From: Octopus sinensis | Lineage: Eukaryota | Direction: 5' to 3' | DNA length: 64,000 nt | Assembly: GCF_006345805.1 (NCBI RefSeq) | Contig: NC_043006.1 | Span: 2,852,001 to 2,916,000, forward strand | Shown: positions 60,976-64,000 of the stretch, in pieces | Numbering within the stretch: position 1 is the stretch's first letter | Layout of the letters: each line of letters opens with the position of its first letter | Program-made: the position numbers and the translations under genes | The notes under the pieces: generated by a model | Told to the model about the DNA's origin: nothing | The model's database searches: none | The model's input: the letters and a program-made list of their open reading frames with translations, nothing else

Positions 60976-61879
60976 TTTTTCTACATTTACACACAGATAC
61001 TAAAAGTTGTGTGATGGACCACAAAAGCACCAACAATCGCACAATAAAAAAATATCTTTCTAACGAATGACGCTCCTTTCTATTCATATTTCGTTGATTT
61101 TTCTATTCTATTTTCTTCTCATAAACTTTATTTTAAATCTGTTGTTGGTAAATACTTGTGTAATCTTTTTTCTTCTCTTGTCGAGTATAACTTCACTCGA
61201 TTATCCAAAACACAAAGCTGTTCATTTGGAAACGGTCTGCCAGTGTGGTCTTAGATTTTGATATGGAAGGAAACCTAAACATCGGATTTAATTTGCTTCT
61301 GACGCTGCTCTTGTTATAAACATCACGATAGCAGTTTGGGCCGTGTGGACCGAAGCGCTAACCCACCCGTTTTAACTATTATTATCCTGTTCTGCTCACC
61401 TCTCTCCCAGGTAACCGATTATAATAACCATCATATTTAATGTAGGCGATGGAGAGGATCTAATTAACTGAAATGTAAACAATTATTGCCTTGACACGAG
61501 TCATTTACATGCATATACGAGGTCGACAACTGGGAAATAATTTACAGTGTGTACGGGTTTACAGATCCATAAATATATATCGGTTACCGTGTAGTTCAGT
61601 GTCCCTAAAAAAACCGTTCTAAGTGAAGATATATTGCGGGAGAAAGAACATAAAGAACCCCTTCATTATGTCCCATCCACAAGCACCAACTTGTATAATA
61701 CCCTCCAGTGATATGCTAAATATGTCAGAAATAGCAGCTGAGGTACATCATCCCAGTGTATTATACCCAGCAACAATCGCTGCTGAGAAGGCAATTCGGC
61801 GACTTGCCAGTTGACGCACGGTTATTGAGCTGTTGAGAGTCGACGGGAGGCGTTGTTCCTGTCGATTCACTTGAGCTAT

Positions 61880-62560
61880 TTGAGCCAAAAGAATCATTTG
61901 ATTCTACCAAAAAATGATTCAACTAATGTATATGTAAGAGACTACCTACAGCAGAACGAAACGATTAATAAGCAAGCAGTAAATAACACAATGCCTGTGC
62001 ATTTGTGCATTTTCCCCACGGATGTCCATGAGCAGCACTTGGAAGCTCGGTGGATTGGATGGTGCAGGACGGGCTGTTGCCGTCGAAGCAGACGAATCCA
62101 AATATATTCAATAGAAATAACACCGAAGTGGCATGAAGGGCGTTGGGTGTTTCGTACAGTGGAAAGGGTTACAGGAAAATGCTGCCTGGTTGAGGTCTCC
62201 GATCGCACACGAAACACTTTGCCCCCCCCCCTTATAAGGCATTGAATATCGCTGGGAAGATGTTTGATATCCGATGGGTGGTTTTCCTGTGTGGGTCCTA
62301 GCAAGTTGTCGATTATTCATTGTATTTCGATAATCTTAGCGATGACGACGACATCCCATACAGAGAGACTACAGAAGGGCGATAGATGTTCACCAAAAAG
62401 AAACCCAAGTGACAATATCGGTGCTTCGTTTACATCATGTCTCTCCATGAGCATGTGTGGCGAAATAAATTTAGAAACGATGAGAAACTTATTCGTTAAT
62501 CTCATTTTGGGCATCAATGACTGTTGTTTACATTGTTTACATTGATTATGTCACATACAT
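61880..62560 (+). pseudogene. Merlin (IS1016/ISXO2-like DDE) transposase pseudogene
   Basis: Frameshifted LDGAGRAVAVEADESKY (cf. IGG.G..VEIDES), HEGRWVFRTVERVTGKCCLVEVSDRTRNTL (cf. WVFGGVER..KCFLV.V.DR...TL), ISDGW (cf. ISD.W..Y), HT, and LHEHVWRNKF (cf. YL.E..WR). Confidence 0.9.
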
Positions 62561-63039
62561 TGTTTACATGAAATTATGCAGTCAATTTACTTCCGCTTTT
62601 TATCAATTACTTTCACTATTTTAGAACAATAAACAGCATGTTAACCAATCTATCGACGCGTATTTAGTCTCGCTCTAAACTTAATCTCCCGAGCTTCTTT
62701 TTGGCAGCTTGGGATGAAGATCAAACCGGCAGTTTTCACGGTTATTTAACAATACAATCAGGATTCGCTCAAAACAAGCGATTGTCATTAAAGAACTAAC
62801 AACAGATAAATGTCTTTGTTTTGATTTAATATTTATAAATATTCGCCAAAGTTTCACAATGGGTGCCTCATACCTCACGGGAAACGGAAAAATTACGGAA
62901 GTAGATAAGGGTGAGGGCAAATATTGTTTTTTAAAAACTGCAAGTTTTGCAAGCTTTTAAGAAATATATCTTCAGAGTTGTAATTTCCTTCGAATGGGAC
63001 ACAGGTATGTTTTGGGGCAGGAGAGAGAAAGAGAGAGAG

Positions 63040-63071
<32 letters not shown>

Positions 63072-63443
63072 TTCCCCATGACGTATGAGGTGCCTAATCC
63101 GAAACTTCAAATGTTCTACATTGTAGTGCTGAGATTGCTTTGTGTTGCTATTCCAAGTTTGGTGACTTTTTTGCTGATTACTCCAACGTTGTATGATTAA
63201 CGGAGGAATCGCGAAACTCGGAGTAGGATCAGAGAATAATCTTAACCATATTAAACGGTTATACTCAACTTCGGTATTGAGTGCCTTTTGCGTTTTGTGT
63301 GTAAATTCTTTTCCCGATTTTGGTTGTATACTCGAAGTAATTGTTGCTGAACTCTATTACTACACAGATGCACACACATGTGCGGTTGTGTAGTCTTAAG
63401 TTTTTGCATTTACATAGCATTTTAAATTCATATGCACACACAC

Positions 63444-63672
63444 GCGTATGGCTCAGTGGTTAGAGCGTCGGGCTCACAATCATGAGGTGGTGAGTTCGAT
63501 TCCCGGACCGGGCTATGTGTTGTATTCTTGAGCAAGTCACTTATTTCACATTGCTCCAATTCACTCATCTGTAGAAATGAGTTGCGACGTCGGTATGCAT
63601 GGGCGACTGCTGGTTTCCTATAAACAACCTTGCCCGGACTTTTGCCTTGGAGAGGTAATTCCATGGTCATTC
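63444..63672 (+). mobile_element. SINE family C, CpG-intact, with ~75-bp internal deletion
   Basis: gtatggctcagtggttagagcgtcgggctcacaatcatgaggtggtgagttcgattcccggaccggg. Lacks the actggtgccaag..gaaggc segment present in the 21397 copy. Confidence 0.9.
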
Positions 63673-63687
63673 TTTACCTTATATATA

Positions 63688-63970
63688 TAGCTGTGGCTGT
63701 GTGGTAAGACGCTTGCTTCCCAACCACATGGCTCCGGGTTCAGTCCCACTGCATGGCACCTAGGGCAAGTGTCTTCTACTATAGCCTCGAGCTTGCCAAA
63801 GCCTTGTGAGTGGATTTGGTAAATGGAAACTGAAAGAAGTCCACCGTGTGTGTATTCGTGTTTGTCACCCACCACCGCTTAGCAACCGGTGTTCGTGTGT
63901 TTACGTCCCCGTAACTTAAAAAAAATTCTTCAAGATGGTATCCCAGCATGACAGCAGTCTAATAACTGAA
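63688..63970 (+). mobile_element. SINE family A, CpG-intact
   Basis: gctgtggctgtgtggtaagacgcttgcttcccaaccacatggctccgggttcagtcccactgcatggcacctagggcaagtgtcttctactatagcctcg. Confidence 0.9.
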
Positions 63971-64000
63971 ACACACACACACACACAAAATAATATATGC

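Noticed and set aside
61410-61588. 10-bp inverted repeat ggtaaccgat/atcggttacc near the Merlin relic
   Set aside because: It does not extend, has no TSD and does not bracket the transposase.
1-64000. CRISPR arrays, rRNA, operons or other prokaryote-type systems
   Set aside because: None seen; the composition and repeat content are those of animal nuclear DNA.

Overview
AT-rich, microsatellite-laden animal genomic DNA. The repeat families look like those of an octopus/coleoid cephalopod (inference from recalled family sequences, not a database match). No complete, recognisable protein-coding gene is present. Nearly all ORFs in the track are microsatellite read-through or antisense frames of decayed transposons. 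Identifiable content: many tRNA-headed SINEs (three families, here called A, B and C), decayed LINEs (RTE, a Rex3/Expander-like RTE, Dong/R4, CR1/L2-like), a Penelope GIY-YIG fragment, a Merlin transposase pseudogene, and hAT- and piggyBac-type MITEs, several of them nested. About 1-51 kb is CpG-depleted and T-skewed on the + strand, with several short frame-preserving segments bounded by good splice signals. This fits the methylated intronic body of a large + strand gene that I cannot identify. From ~52 kb CpGs are retained, and 59.4-60.7 kb looks like a promoter/5' region. The most interesting items are a tRNA-headed element with a geometrically complete but mutated minimal hammerhead ribozyme, candidate microexons, a 42-bp codon-phased tandem repeat, inverted SINE pairs (possible ADAR substrates) and an orientation flip of SINE family B. 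Coordinates of decayed repeats are approximate.
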